A DNA stretch of 64,000 nt from an uncultured Clostridia bacterium (lineage in GTDB: Bacteria > Acidobacteriota > Blastocatellia > HR10), in contig CAZTMT010000012.1 of NCBI GenBank assembly GCA_964615335.1, positions 21,962 through 85,961 of the forward strand, given 5' to 3'. The notes beneath the pieces are model-generated. The model worked only from the letters and a program-made list of their open reading frames with translations. It made no database searches and was not told the origin of the DNA. This document shows, in pieces, positions 47,511-58,126 of this stretch (positions are counted from its first letter, which is position 1; each line of letters begins with the position of its first letter). The translations under genes and the position numbers were made by a program.

Positions 47511-49172
47511 ATGAGTCGGCGCGTGCGTAATCGCTTTCTTCTGATTGGGGGCGTCACGCTGATCAGTCTCTACCTTCTCTTTGGCCCCTTCTCCCTCCGC
47601 GATGCCTCCGGCAAGATCACTCCGAAGGCGATCGCGGCAAACTTCACCCTGAGCCGCCTGAAGAAGAATCTGTCCGAGAACATCAAGCTCGGTCTGGATC
47701 TCCGGGGAGGGAGCCATCTCATCCTTCAGGTTCAAACCGATGATGCCCTCCGCTCGGTCACGGCCGGCAATCTGGAGAAGGCCCGCTCGATCCTCCAGCA
47801 AGCGGGCATCAAGTTCCAGAATCTCACCTCTCCGGCGCTGGGACGGATCGAGGTCGAGCTGGAAGACAGCGCCCAGATCGAGGACGCCAAGGCCCGCATC
47901 ACCCTGGATTTTGGCCCCGGATGGACGGCCCGTAACGAAGGCAAGCGCCTCATCTTCGAGATGAAGGGCGAGGAAGAGCGCGACATCCGAGAACGCGCGA
48001 CCGAACAGGCCATGCGCATCATCGAACAGCGCATCAATGCCTTCGGCGTCGCCGAACCGACGATCGCGCGGCACGGTCCCCCGACAAGCTATCAGATTCT
48101 GTTGCAACTGCCGGGCGTGGACGATCCCGAACGGGTGAAAAATCTCATCCGCGCGGAATCCCGCCTGGAGTTGAAACTGGTCCACAGCGGTCCTCATCCG
48201 AGCGAAGAGGAGGCCCGTCAGTCGCTCGGAGGCACTGTGCCTCCGGATAAGGAGATCTTGCCGGCCCGCGAACGGCGTCGCACCCCGGGCGCTCCTCCCG
48301 TGCAGTACTATGTCGTCGAGAAGACGCCCGTGATCACCGGCGATGACCTCCGCAATGCCCAGGCCGTTCCCTCTCAAACCGGTGGCACCGTCTACGAGAT
48401 CCTTTTCTCGCTCCGTCCTTCAGGAGCCGAGCGGTTCTACACGGCGACAAGCGCCAACATCGGGAAGAATCTGGCCATTATCCTCAACAATGAGATCAAA
48501 AGCGCGCCGACCATCCGCGATGCCATCCGCGACGAGGGGCGCATCGAAGGAGACTTCACGAAAGAGGAGGCCGAAGACCTCGCCCTGACGCTCCGTTCGG
48601 GAGCCCTGCCGGCCCGCGTCACCTATTTGGAGGAGCGCACGGTTGGACCTAGTCTGGGAGCCGACTCCATCCGTCAAGGATTCGCGGCCTCTCTGGCCGG
48701 GCTGTCCGCCATTGTCATCTTCATGCTCTTTTACTACCAACTCTCGGGCGTGAATGCGGTCATCGGGCTCGTCCTGAACCTCGTTCTGCTTTTGGCGGCG
48801 ATGCGCATTGTGGGCGCTGTGCTGACGCTGCCGGGGATCGCGGGCGTCGCCCTGACCATCGGAATGGCTGTGGATGCGAACGTGCTCATCTTCGAACGCA
48901 TCCGCGAGGAGTTGCGCAATGGGAAAGTCCCGGCCTCGGCTGTCGCCCTGGGCTTCGAGCGAGCTTTCACGACGATTTTCGATACGAACCTCACGACGAT
49001 CATCGCGGCGCTCTTTCTGTTCGTCTTCGGGACGGGACCGATCCGAGGATTTGCCGTCACGCTCACGGCCGGTCTGATCGCCAACTTCTTCACGGCGATC
49101 TTCGTGTCGCGAGCGATCTTCGAATGGGTCCTGGAACGCCAGGGCAGCCGGCCCGTGACGTTGAGCATCTGA
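47511..49172 (+). CDS. secD: protein translocase subunit SecD
   Basis: N-terminal TM, large periplasmic domain, C-terminal 5 TM with the SecD/SecF family block. Confidence 0.9.
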   Translation: MSRRVRNRFLLIGGVTLISLYLLFGPFSLRDASGKITPKAIAANFTLSRLKKNLSENIKLGLDLRGGSHLILQVQTDDALRSVTAGNLEKARSILQQAGIKFQNLTSPALGRIEVELEDSAQIEDAKARITLDFGPGWTARNEGKRLIFEMKGEEERDIRERATEQAMRIIEQRINAFGVAEPTIARHGPPTSYQILLQLPGVDDPERVKNLIRAESRLELKLVHSGPHPSEEEARQSLGGTVPPDKEILPARERRRTPGAPPVQYYVVEKTPVITGDDLRNAQAVPSQTGGTVYEILFSLRPSGAERFYTATSANIGKNLAIILNNEIKSAPTIRDAIRDEGRIEGDFTKEEAEDLALTLRSGALPARVTYLEERTVGPSLGADSIRQGFAASLAGLSAIVIFMLFYYQLSGVNAVIGLVLNLVLLLAAMRIVGAVLTLPGIAGVALTIGMAVDANVLIFERIREELRNGKVPASAVALGFERAFTTIFDTNLTTIIAALFLFVFGTGPIRGFAVTLTAGLIANFFTAIFVSRAIFEWVLERQGSRPVTLSI

Positions 49173-49178
49173 GCGGTC

Positions 49179-50468
49179 ATGCGCGAGCTGATCAAAAATC
49201 CCAACGTGGATTGGATGGGCCTCAAAAGGGCCTTCATCCTCATCTCGCTCGTCCTGCTTCTGCTGGGGGGCGTCTCGGCCTTCACCCGGGGCTTCCGACT
49301 GGGCATTGACTTCGCCGGCGGGACCCTGGTGAATGTGAAGTTCAAAGGGACACCTCCGCCGGAAGAGCGTCTGCGTGCAGCGCTGGGCCAGCAAGGGATT
49401 GATCCGGGGAAGATTATCATTCAGCCGATCAGTGATCCGATCAGCGGGATCAAGAACGAGGTCCTCATTCGCCTGCCGCAGCAAGAGGCGAAGCCCGGGA
49501 TGAAAGCGCCCGAGGAAAGCGAGCTGGACCGCGAGAAGCGGGCGATCCTGGCCGCGTTGAATACGTTCAATCCGCCTTCGGAAGCGGCGACCAAAGCGGA
49601 TCTGAACACGATCAGCCAAGATCGGTTGCAGGAGCTTCTTCTGGAAGCTGACCCTTTGCGTCTGATCCCGACCTCCGGGCGCGCGACGGCCGAACTCGAA
49701 TATACTCGATATGCCCAGGCGATCCTGCAGTATCGGGATCGAGATCAGGGGGGCCTCTTTCCCGATATGGCAGCTCTGCGGGCTGTTCCGAACGTGCCAG
49801 AGGCTTTACTTCAGTGGATGCCGCAGCGCTTCTTCACGGGCCATGCGGCGGTGATCAGTGTGGAGATCGTCGGCTCGCAGATCGGAGAGGAACTTCGGCA
49901 GCGCGCCATCTCGGTCACGCTCGCTTCCCTGGCGGGCATGCTCCTGTACATCGCTTTCCGCTTCGAGTGGATCTACGGGGTGGCCGCCGTCATCGCCGTC
50001 TTCCATGATGTACTCATCACGCTCGGCATCTTCTCGCTTGTGCAGAAAGAGATCTCGCTCAACGTCGTGGCCGCCCTTCTGACACTGGTCGGATACTCGG
50101 TCAACGATACGATCGTCATCTTCGACCGCATTCGCGAGAATCTGAGGCTGCGGCGGCGAGAGGATCTGACGAAAATCGTCAACGAGAGTATCAACCAGAC
50201 GCTCTCGCGCACGATTCTCACCTCGGGATTGACTCTGCTGGCTGTGCTGGCACTCTACCTTTTCGGGGGCGAAGTGCTCAGCGGGTTTTCGCTCGCCCTG
50301 CTTGTGGGGATCATCGTGGGGACGTATTCTTCGATCGCCATTGCCAGCCCGATCATGGTCTGGTGGCAGAGATGGCAAGCGGAACGTCGGGCGCGGCGAC
50401 CGGCCGTCCGAGCGCGAACGCCGGAGACCGTGGCTCGAAGGGAACGCCGCGCAACAGCCCCTCGCTGA
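49179..50468 (+). CDS. secF: protein translocase subunit SecF (enlarged periplasmic domain)
   Basis: C-terminal TM bundle with SecF blocks (GIDFAGGT, ...DTIVIFDRIRE...). 429 aa versus ~310 typical. Confidence 0.9.
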   Translation: MRELIKNPNVDWMGLKRAFILISLVLLLLGGVSAFTRGFRLGIDFAGGTLVNVKFKGTPPPEERLRAALGQQGIDPGKIIIQPISDPISGIKNEVLIRLPQQEAKPGMKAPEESELDREKRAILAALNTFNPPSEAATKADLNTISQDRLQELLLEADPLRLIPTSGRATAELEYTRYAQAILQYRDRDQGGLFPDMAALRAVPNVPEALLQWMPQRFFTGHAAVISVEIVGSQIGEELRQRAISVTLASLAGMLLYIAFRFEWIYGVAAVIAVFHDVLITLGIFSLVQKEISLNVVAALLTLVGYSVNDTIVIFDRIRENLRLRRREDLTKIVNESINQTLSRTILTSGLTLLAVLALYLFGGEVLSGFSLALLVGIIVGTYSSIAIASPIMVWWQRWQAERRARRPAVRARTPETVARRERRATAPR

Positions 50469-50515
50469 GGTACGTGGTCGTGAAAAACATCGGATCGGCA
50501 ACAAGACGCGGGATC

Positions 50516-50544
50516 TTGACGGCCTGGGGAAGAGGCGGTATACT
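50516..50544 (+). promoter_or_regulatory. sigma70-type promoter TTGACG-N17-TATACT upstream of tonB-exbB-exbD-exbD-TPR
   Basis: Near-consensus hexamers with a 17-nt spacer, 75 nt upstream of the tonB start. Confidence 0.45.
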
Positions 50545-50619
50545 TACTGCCGGTTGCTGGCCTGTGGAAGATGTTCCCGAGGGAGAGAGTGTGTCCCTTG
50601 ACCCATCGGCATCACAAAC

Positions 50620-51390
50620 ATGGGGGGGCCTATGTTCGAATGGTCTTTGATTGAGTCGACGACGCAGAAGCAACAGTCGCAGACCAAATGGTTTTTCCTC
50701 GCGACGATGGTCGTCTACTCGTTCGTCGTGGTGACCTCTATTGTCGCGAGCATCATGCTCGTGAACCCGGAGCTGAAAGAACAGTTCATTTCGGCGGCTC
50801 TTGTGGCGCCGCCTCCGCCCCCGCCTCCCCCGCCACCTCCTCCGCCGAGCGCCGCCGTTCCGGCGGCGACCAAAGTCGTCGTCGTGCCGACGGAGTTCAT
50901 CGCCCCCAAAGAAATCCCCAAGGAACTGCCTCCGGCTAATCTTCCCGTTGTTGCCGTCTCGGCAAGTGCGATGGGAGGAGTTCCGGGCGGGGTTCCCGGT
51001 GGCGTCCCCGGAGGCGTTATCGGAGGCGTGATGGGAGGCGTTCTGGGCAGCGTAGGACCGGTCGAAGCTCCTCCGCCCCCGCCACCTCCTCCGAAGAAGG
51101 AAGAAGCGCCGCGACGTGTCTCGCAGGGCGTCCTGCAGGGGAGTGCGATCCGGAGAGTCACTCCGGTCTATCCGGCCATTGCGCGGGCCGCTCGCGTTCA
51201 GGGGACTGTGCAAGTGGAAGTTGTCATTGACGAGGAGGGAAACGTCATCTCGGCTCAGGTGATCGAAGGACACCCGCTTCTGCGGCAGGCGGCTCTGGAG
51301 GCGGCCTGGCAGTGGAAGTTTCGACCGACACTGCTTAGCGGAGAACCCATCAAAGTGACGGGGATTCTCGTCTTCAACTTTAAACTCTAA
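50620..51390 (+). CDS. tonB: energy transducer TonB
   Basis: N-terminal TM, poly-Pro tracts (P13 and P8), a (GGVPG)n Gly-rich repeat, and C-terminal TonB-C domain ([30 protein letters not shown]...). Start could be 50620 or 50632. Confidence 0.8.
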   Translation: MGGPMFEWSLIESTTQKQQSQTKWFFLATMVVYSFVVVTSIVASIMLVNPELKEQFISAALVAPPPPPPPPPPPPPSAAVPAATKVVVVPTEFIAPKEIPKELPPANLPVVAVSASAMGGVPGGVPGGVPGGVIGGVMGGVLGSVGPVEAPPPPPPPPKKEEAPRRVSQGVLQGSAIRRVTPVYPAIARAARVQGTVQVEVVIDEEGNVISAQVIEGHPLLRQAALEAAWQWKFRPTLLSGEPIKVTGILVFNFKL

Positions 51391-51407
51391 CGGGAGGGAA
51401 AAGACGT

Positions 51408-52148
51408 ATGAGCTACGGTGTGTTGCTACAACAGGGCTTCGGCGTGCTGTTGCAAGAGGGCGCGGGAGCTGTGGAGTTCACCCTCTGGGCGATGCTCCAG
51501 CGCCTGGGGACCGTGGGACTGGTGGTGATCATCATCTTGTCCCTGATGTCCATGTATTCGATCGCGGTGATGATCGAGCGGCTGCTCACCTATTCGGCAG
51601 CCAAGAAGCAATCGCGCGAGTTCGCTCCGAAAGTCGCCGCGGCTCTGCGCGAGGGCCGTCTGGATGATGCGATCACGCTCTCGAGCAAGTACAAGAAGAG
51701 CCACCTGGCGATGGTCGTCAACGCCGGCCTGCAAGAGTTCCGTTCGCATCAGCTCTCGACCGATATCCCGGGCGAGATCGTCGAAGCCACCCGGCGCGCG
51801 CTGCAGCGCGCGATCGCCATTAAGACGGCCGAATTCAAGCGCGGACTCTCGCAACTGGCGACTATCGGCTCGACGGCGCCTTTTGTCGGGCTGTTCGGCA
51901 CGGTCATCGGGATCGTGAACGCCTTCCAGGGACTCAAGCAGGCCGAAACCGCCGGAATCGCCGCCGTCGCCGGAGGCATTTCGGAAGCGCTGGTGAACAC
52001 GGCCTTCGGACTCTTCGTGGCCATTCCAGCCGTGTGGATGTTCAACTACTTCACCAACCGCATGGAGTCCTTCATCGTGGAGATGGAGAACTCCTCGTCC
52101 GAGTTGGTGGACGTTGCGCTGATGCCCTTCTTGAAGCAAAGGAGCTGA
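51408..52148 (+). CDS. exbB: MotA/TolQ/ExbB proton-channel family protein
   Basis: Three TM helices and the ...[13 protein letters not shown]... signature. Confidence 0.85.
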   Translation: MSYGVLLQQGFGVLLQEGAGAVEFTLWAMLQRLGTVGLVVIIILSLMSMYSIAVMIERLLTYSAAKKQSREFAPKVAAALREGRLDDAITLSSKYKKSHLAMVVNAGLQEFRSHQLSTDIPGEIVEATRRALQRAIAIKTAEFKRGLSQLATIGSTAPFVGLFGTVIGIVNAFQGLKQAETAGIAAVAGGISEALVNTAFGLFVAIPAVWMFNYFTNRMESFIVEMENSSSELVDVALMPFLKQRS

Positions 52149-52154
52149 ACCCCT

Positions 52155-52598
52155 ATGGGAATGCAGGTCGGCGAGCGAAAAGGGGTCATGGCCGAGATCA
52201 ACGTCATCCCGATGGCCGATATCATGCTCGTGCTGCTCATCATCATGATGGTCGTCACTCCCTTCCTGCAAGCGGGTATTGCGGTGACTCTACCCAAGGC
52301 TCCTCACGGCGATGAGGATCCGGAAATCAACAAGGAGAGCGCGGTCGTTGTCGCGATCCCGATTGACGGGACGATCTATCTGGGACGCGACCTGGTGAGC
52401 CAGAGCGAGCTGGAGACGCGCATTCAGCGCCTCATGGAAGCGCGCCCTCTGGATCAGCGCGTCGTCTACGTGAAAGCGGATAATCGCGTGCGATACGATA
52501 ATGTCGTGGGAGTGATCAACGCCATTCGCAGCGCCGGCGTGGATCGCGTCGGGTTGGTCGTTGATCCGGGGAAGAGGACGAAAAAAGAAGGAGAATGA
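52155..52598 (+). CDS. exbD: biopolymer transport protein ExbD/TolR
   Basis: INVIPMADIMLVLLIIMMV N-terminal TM and the ExbD periplasmic domain. 147 aa. Confidence 0.85.
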   Translation: MGMQVGERKGVMAEINVIPMADIMLVLLIIMMVVTPFLQAGIAVTLPKAPHGDEDPEINKESAVVVAIPIDGTIYLGRDLVSQSELETRIQRLMEARPLDQRVVYVKADNRVRYDNVVGVINAIRSAGVDRVGLVVDPGKRTKKEGE

Positions 52599-52678
52599 CG
52601 CCATATCGCGGGCCGAGGGACTCTGCGGCATCGCTGAGCGCACTCGGCCTCGTATCACTTCGCACGTGAGGGGAAACT

Positions 52679-53137
52679 ATGGCAATGCCGACGGGGAAGG
52701 AGGAATATAAGCGTCCGGAGGCGGCCAAGCCTCTGGTGGACATGAACGTCGTCCCGCTCATTGATATTCTGCTCGTGCTCCTGATCATTTTCATGGCCAT
52801 CACACCCCTGAAGCCGAGCAAGCTCGAATCGAAGATTCCCGAAAAGCCTCCCGAGAATGTTGCCGTGAGTAATCCCTTAGCTCTGGTCATCTCCGTGGAG
52901 GCCGATGCGTCGGGCCGGCTGTCGGGGCTCAAGCTCAACGTCGAGCCGGTGACCGAGGAGACGCTCGGGCAGAAGCTCCGGGAGATCATCGCAGCGCGCC
53001 CTCCGGACCAGCGCTCCGTCTTCATTCGCGCTCCGCGCAATACGCTCTACGGGGAGGTCGTTCGCGTCATTGACATCGTCAAGGACGCGGGGGCTTCTCC
53101 CATCGGGCTGCAGATTGATGATCTGCCGGAGCGGTGA
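52679..53137 (+). CDS. exbD: biopolymer transport protein ExbD/TolR (second copy)
   Basis: MNVVPLIDILLVLLIIFM N-terminal TM. 152 aa. Confidence 0.85.
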   Translation: MAMPTGKEEYKRPEAAKPLVDMNVVPLIDILLVLLIIFMAITPLKPSKLESKIPEKPPENVAVSNPLALVISVEADASGRLSGLKLNVEPVTEETLGQKLREIIAARPPDQRSVFIRAPRNTLYGEVVRVIDIVKDAGASPIGLQIDDLPER

Positions 53138-53180
53138 TCTCCGGCTCGAACGCACTCTCGCGGAAAGAGGAGGACTGACG

Positions 53181-54020
53181 GTGAGGAAGAAGGGGCTCAT
53201 CATTGCGATCCTGGTCTTCGTGGGAATTCTGATCACACTCGGAGCCACTCAGGGACCCGATTTCTACCGCATGGTCAAGGCGAAGGACCGGCTCAATAAC
53301 GGAGCTGTCGCCTATGCCCGCGGCGATTATGACGAAGCGATTCGCCTCTTCAAGGAGGCGATGGACCTCTATCCCTCCATGGAGCAGGCGAAGCTCTACT
53401 ATGCGGCCGGATTGTTCGCCAAGTTCAATATCACAAATGACAAGAATCTGGCGCTTGAGGCCCTCCGGATCTATGAGGAGATCCATCAGAAAGATCCCTC
53501 CAACGCTGATGCCATCGCCTATCTGGCTGTCATTCACAAGAACCTCGCCGATATGGCTGAGACCGAAGAAGAGCGAGAGCAGCACCTGGAGAAGTATCGG
53601 GCGTGGACGCTCAAGCGCTTGGATCTTCCCAACCTGGACAACAAAGCCAAGGCCGAGATCTACTACACGCTCGGACAGGGATACTGGCAGGAATCCTTCC
53701 AGCTCACGCAACCCTATCAGGTGAACCGCCCGCCGCAGCCGATCACCTGGAACGTGCCCGAGAGCGAGGTCCCCAAGGTCAAGATGCTCGTTCAGAAGGG
53801 GATGGAATATCTCAATAAAGCCGTCGAACTGAACCCCGAATACGGAGATGCCTGGGCGTACATCAATCTCCTCTATCGCGAACAGGCGAAAGTCGAAAAG
53901 GACCCCCGCGTGAGGGCCGAGCTGACGCGCCTGGCCGATCAGGCGCGCGATCGAGCGATCGAGTTGAACAAACGGCGGGAGGAGCAACAAAAACAGCAGC
54001 AAGCGCAGAAGTCCACATAG
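53181..54020 (+). CDS. membrane-anchored tetratricopeptide (TPR) repeat protein, Ton-cluster associated
   Basis: GTG start with SD AGAGGAGGA. N-terminal TM. TPR-like helical repeats (AYARGDYDEAIRLFKEAMDLYP...). Gln/Lys-rich tail. Confidence 0.7.
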   Translation: MRKKGLIIAILVFVGILITLGATQGPDFYRMVKAKDRLNNGAVAYARGDYDEAIRLFKEAMDLYPSMEQAKLYYAAGLFAKFNITNDKNLALEALRIYEEIHQKDPSNADAIAYLAVIHKNLADMAETEEEREQHLEKYRAWTLKRLDLPNLDNKAKAEIYYTLGQGYWQESFQLTQPYQVNRPPQPITWNVPESEVPKVKMLVQKGMEYLNKAVELNPEYGDAWAYINLLYREQAKVEKDPRVRAELTRLADQARDRAIELNKRREEQQKQQQAQKST

Positions 54021-54051
54021 GCTCCCGAGACTCTTGTGCGCGCTTGAAAGT

Positions 54052-54088
54052 GGGGGATTCACCTGAGGTGAATTCGCCCCCCTTTTTT
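54052..54088 (+). terminator. rho-independent terminator after the Ton/TPR operon
   Basis: GGGGGATTCACC-tga-GGTGAATTCGCCCCCC hairpin immediately followed by TTTTTT. Confidence 0.6.
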
Positions 54089-54174
54089 ATTCCCGAACGA
54101 AGCCCCGGCTGGTCTCAAGAGACCGGCATCCGATAGAATAGAAGCGGACTGTCCGGCGAAGGAGGCGGAAGCGG

Positions 54175-56346
54175 GTGATCCGGTTCGAGGACATTCTGGA
54201 GAAGGTCGAACGGTACCATCCCGGCGCCGATCTGGAACTGCTGCGCCGCGCCTACATCTTCTCCGCGCGCGAGCATCGGGGGCAGGTCCGTCTGACCGGA
54301 GAGCCCTATCTGGTGCACCCCCTGGAAGTCGCCAATATTCTGGCCGATCAACGGCTGGATGTCGTCACCGTCAGCGCGGGTCTGCTTCACGATGTCATCG
54401 AAGATTGCGGCGTCACGCTTGAAGAACTCCAGTACTACTTCGGCCCGGAGATCGCGCGTATCGTCAACGGGGTGACCAAGATCGGGCAGATCGCTTTCGC
54501 CTCGCGCGAAGAGGCTCAGGCCGAAAGCCTCCGGAAAATGGTCCTGGCGATGGTGGATGACGTCCGGGTGATCCTGGTGAAACTGGCCGATCGGCTTCAT
54601 AACATGCGGACGCTCGATCCTCTGCCCCGAGAGAAGCAGAAGCGCATCGCGCAGGAGACGCTGGACGTCTTCGCCCCGATCGCTCACCGTCTGGGCATGG
54701 GGCGCCTTCGCGGGGAGCTGGAAGATCTCGCCTTCAAGTATCTCTACCCGGAGGACTATCGCCGGCTCAAGGACTCCGTGGATCGAAAACGCCCGCACCT
54801 GGAGGCTCAGTTGGAGGAGCTGAAGGCGCAGATACGCGCCCGCCTGGAGGCCGAAGGCATCCCCGTCATCGCGATCGAAGGGCGAGTCAAGCGCCTGTAC
54901 AGCATCTTCCAGAAGATGCGACGCAAGAAGGTCTCGCTGGATCAGATCTACGATCTCATGGCGGTGCGCGTGATCCTGCAGAGCGTTCGCGATTGCTATG
55001 CGGCCCTGGGGATCATCCACCAGACATGGAATCCGATCCCGGGGCGTTTTCGGGACTGGATCGCCACCCCGCGCGAGAACATGTACCAATCGCTCCACAC
55101 CTCGGTCATCAGCGAGACGGGGCATTCCTTCGAGGTTCAGATCCGCACCGAGGAGATGCACCGGGTGGCCGAGGAGGGTATCGCGGCGCACTGGAAGTAT
55201 AAGGAGGGGAAGCTCGGGGAGCAGGCCGAGGACAAGATGATCGCCTGGCTCCGCCGCCTGCTCGATGAGCAACAAGAAGCCCGCGATGCGCGCGAGTTCC
55301 TCGAAGATCTGAAGCTGGATCTCTCCCCGACGGAGGTCTTCGCCTTCACGCCCAAGGGGAAAGTCATCGAGCTGCCGCAAGGCGCCACGCCCATTGATTT
55401 CGCCTACGCCATCCACACCGAGATCGGCCATCATTGCGCGGGAGCGAAGGTGAACGGCCGACTCGTCTCCCTGCGATACCAGATCCGGACGGGCGATGTC
55501 GTCGAGATCCTCACCTCTCCGAACCAGCGCCCGAGCCGAGACTGGTTGCGCTTCGTCAAGACGCACCGGGCTCGGACGAAGATCCGGCGATGGCTTCGCG
55601 AGCAGGAGCATCGGCAGGCGATGGAACTGGGCCGCCGCCTGCTCGAACGCGAAGCCGAAAAACTCCGCCTGAAGATCAAGGACCTCATCGGCGACAGCGA
55701 ACTGGAGAAGATCGCTCCGGACCACGGCTACCAGAAGTCCGAAGATCTGCTGGCGGCTATCGGCTACGGGAAGGTCTCGGCCCGGAGCGTCCTGGCCCGA
55801 TTCGTCCCCGCCGACGCTCTCATTGAGCTGGAGGAGAAGCCCAAGTCGAAGCTCACCGAAGTGACCGAGCGCGTCAAGCGAGCGCTCGGCTTGCGCGAGG
55901 CGCCCGTGCGGGTTCGCGGGATCGAAGATCTGGTGATCTACCGCGCGCGGTGCTGTAATCCCATTCGGGGAGAGGAGATCATCGGCTACATCACCCGAGG
56001 GAAAGGAGTCGCCGTGCACGCGCGCCGGTGCAGCAACGTCCCCGCTTTGCTTGTGAACCGCGAGCGTATCGTCGAAGTGGAATGGACCCGCGGAGAAGAA
56101 TCCGAACCCTACGCTGTTGCCCTCTATGTCGTCGTCGAGGATCGCCCCGGCATCCTGGCCGGCATCACCTCGGCCATCGCCAACATCAAGACCAACATCC
56201 GCGACGCGCGCGCGCGCACAACCTCGGACGGACGCGGCGAGATCCGCCTCACGGTCGAGATCTTCGATCTGAAGCACCTGGAACGCGTCATTCGGTCTAT
56301 TCGATCCGTCGAAGGAGTCATTGACGTCGAACGGGAGGAGAGATGA
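54175..56346 (+). CDS. rel: bifunctional (p)ppGpp synthetase/hydrolase RelA/SpoT homolog
   Basis: HD hydrolase domain (HDVIED), synthetase domain ([12 protein letters not shown], ...DLMAVRVIL...), TGS and C-terminal ACT. GTG start with GGAGG 9 nt upstream. Confidence 0.9.
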   Translation: MIRFEDILEKVERYHPGADLELLRRAYIFSAREHRGQVRLTGEPYLVHPLEVANILADQRLDVVTVSAGLLHDVIEDCGVTLEELQYYFGPEIARIVNGVTKIGQIAFASREEAQAESLRKMVLAMVDDVRVILVKLADRLHNMRTLDPLPREKQKRIAQETLDVFAPIAHRLGMGRLRGELEDLAFKYLYPEDYRRLKDSVDRKRPHLEAQLEELKAQIRARLEAEGIPVIAIEGRVKRLYSIFQKMRRKKVSLDQIYDLMAVRVILQSVRDCYAALGIIHQTWNPIPGRFRDWIATPRENMYQSLHTSVISETGHSFEVQIRTEEMHRVAEEGIAAHWKYKEGKLGEQAEDKMIAWLRRLLDEQQEARDAREFLEDLKLDLSPTEVFAFTPKGKVIELPQGATPIDFAYAIHTEIGHHCAGAKVNGRLVSLRYQIRTGDVVEILTSPNQRPSRDWLRFVKTHRARTKIRRWLREQEHRQAMELGRRLLEREAEKLRLKIKDLIGDSELEKIAPDHGYQKSEDLLAAIGYGKVSARSVLARFVPADALIELEEKPKSKLTEVTERVKRALGLREAPVRVRGIEDLVIYRARCCNPIRGEEIIGYITRGKGVAVHARRCSNVPALLVNRERIVEVEWTRGEESEPYAVALYVVVEDRPGILAGITSAIANIKTNIRDARARTTSDGRGEIRLTVEIFDLKHLERVIRSIRSVEGVIDVEREER

Positions 56347-56726
56347 CCAGGCGACAGACCATCGCGACAGAGCGCGCTCCTCGGGCCATCGGCCCTTATG
56401 TCCAGGCCGTTCAGGTCGGTGAGTGGATCTTCGTCTCCGGACAGATCCCCCTGGACCCGGAGACGGGCGAGCTCGTCCCCGGAGGGATTCGAGAGCAAAC
56501 GGATCGCGTCCTGCAGAATATCCGGGCTATTCTGGAAGCGGCCGGTTCGTCCCTGGACCAGGTGGTGAAGGCGACGGTCTATCTGACCGATCTGAACGAC
56601 TTCTCCGAGATGAACGAGGTCTATGCGCGATATTTTCCGGGAGAGAAACCGGCGCGCGCGACCGTCGAAGTCTCTCGACTGCCGCGCGATGCCCGGATCG
56701 AAATGGACGTTATCGCTTTGCGGTGA
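56343..56726 (+). CDS. ridA: RidA/YjgF family reactive intermediate deaminase
   Basis: [12 protein letters not shown]...FVSGQIP...[13 protein letters not shown]...ARATVEV. 4-nt overlap with rel. Confidence 0.85.
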   Translation: MTRRQTIATERAPRAIGPYVQAVQVGEWIFVSGQIPLDPETGELVPGGIREQTDRVLQNIRAILEAAGSSLDQVVKATVYLTDLNDFSEMNEVYARYFPGEKPARATVEVSRLPRDARIEMDVIALR

Positions 56727-56748
56727 GACCAATTCGGGGGGAGAGCTC

Positions 56749-56940
56749 TCAGGCGGCTTTGAGGACCTTCCCCGCCTTCAAACACCGCGTGCAGACGCGC
56801 AGCCGCTGCACCGATCCCCCGACGCGTGCGCGCACGCGGTGGAGATTCGGCGCGAACTTCCGCTTGGTGCGATTCCCCGCATGGCTGACGCGGTGTCCGA
56901 ATTGTGGCCCTTTGCCGCAAACCTCACATCGTCGCGCCAT
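56749..56940 (-). CDS. rpmB: 50S ribosomal protein L28
   Basis: [33 protein letters not shown] is highly conserved L28. Start at the internal ATG. Confidence 0.85.
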   Translation of the reverse strand: MARRCEVCGKGPQFGHRVSHAGNRTKRKFAPNLHRVRARVGGSVQRLRVCTRCLKAGKVLKAA

Positions 56941-57034
56941 GGTTTCCACTCTCTTCGAAGCGAATCATGGTTCCCGATTTCCAAAGAGGAAACTTATAAC
57001 AAAGCCGACCAATTTCCGTCAAACGGAGGAGATC

Positions 57035-58126
57035 GTGAGTCGAACATCGAATGGCTGGACCTTGCTGGGAATCCTGGTGACCGGAATCGCCCTTTTGAGC
57101 CTCGGCTGTAAAGATCAACCCGGTCGCGCGACGGCCGAAGATGTCGCCGCGCGCGTCAATGGCGTGGAGATCACGATCTCAGAAGTGGATCGGCTCGTCG
57201 AGCAACAGCTTCGGACCAGCGCCCAACAGGGGCAAGCGCCGCCGACGCCCGCCGAGCTGGCCGCCGCGCGCCTTCAGATCCTCGAAGGCCTCATCACTCA
57301 GGAGGCGCTCTATCAAAGAGCCGAACGGCAGGGCCTGCTGCCGACCGAGGAGGAGGTCACTCAAGGGATCCAGCAGTTCAAGCGCGAGCGGGGATTGAGC
57401 GAGGAGGGCTTTCAGCGCACGCTGCGCGAGATGGGGCAAACGGAGGAGCAGTTCCGACGCGAGATCCGTCGCCAACTGGCTATCCGAAAACTCTTCGATC
57501 GGGAGGTGATGCCTCGCATCACGGTCACCGATCGGGAGATCGAGGAGTTCTACAATGCCCACAAAGCGCAATTCGTCCAGCGGCGGGGTTTCGCGCTGGC
57601 GCGCATCGTGGTGACGCCGGAGAAGGAGAACGTCCCCGATGACGCCGTCGGAGCGGAAGCCGCCGAGCGCAAGATCCGGGAGATCTACGAACAACTGCGG
57701 CGCGGAGCGGATTTCGCCACCGTCGCCGCGCGTCGCTCCGAAGATCCTCTGACAGCAGCCCGCGGAGGGGATTGGGGATTCTTCCCCGAGACCTCTCAGG
57801 AATTCCCCGAAGCGCTCCGCGCGCGTCTGCTCGCGATGCGCGAGGGAGACATCACCGAGCCCGTCAGGATCGGCAATGCCTGGCTCATTCTGAAACTCGT
57901 TCGGCGCGTGCAGCGGGATCGCGAGTTGACCCTGGATGAGGTCCGCGCGCAGATCGCCGAGGAGCTACGCGATCAACGGGAACAGGTCCTGCAAACGGCC
58001 GTCACGCGCCTGGCTCTGGCCGAATCCCACATCGAGAATCTGCTGGCTCGACGGATGCTGGAGAATCCGGCGAACTTCGGGGGCTTGCGCCCGCTGGCCC
58101 TTCCCTCCCCCGGTCAATCCCGTTGA
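57035..58126 (+). CDS. SurA/PpiD-like peptidyl-prolyl isomerase lipoprotein (SurA N-domain plus parvulin domain)
   Basis: Lipobox LLSLGC. SurA_N-like chaperone region. Parvulin signature (...GGDWGFF...). GTG start at 57035 chosen because an upstream in-frame ATG would overlap the divergent rpmB start. Confidence 0.7.
   Translation: MSRTSNGWTLLGILVTGIALLSLGCKDQPGRATAEDVAARVNGVEITISEVDRLVEQQLRTSAQQGQAPPTPAELAAARLQILEGLITQEALYQRAERQGLLPTEEEVTQGIQQFKRERGLSEEGFQRTLREMGQTEEQFRREIRRQLAIRKLFDREVMPRITVTDREIEEFYNAHKAQFVQRRGFALARIVVTPEKENVPDDAVGAEAAERKIREIYEQLRRGADFATVAARRSEDPLTAARGGDWGFFPETSQEFPEALRARLLAMREGDITEPVRIGNAWLILKLVRRVQRDRELTLDEVRAQIAEELRDQREQVLQTAVTRLALAESHIENLLARRMLENPANFGGLRPLALPSPGQSR

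Noticed and set aside
54115-56277. 720-aa ORF on the minus strand
   Set aside because: Exactly antisense to rel (RelA/SpoT homolog), which has the conserved HD, synthetase, TGS and ACT architecture. Low-complexity Asp/Arg/Leu-rich product.
56939-57034. Upstream in-frame ATG (56939) as start of the SurA-like PPIase gene
   Set aside because: It would overlap the divergently transcribed rpmB start codon by 2 nt and leave no promoter space. A GTG at 57035 with a GGAGG gives a lipoprotein signal peptide immediately.
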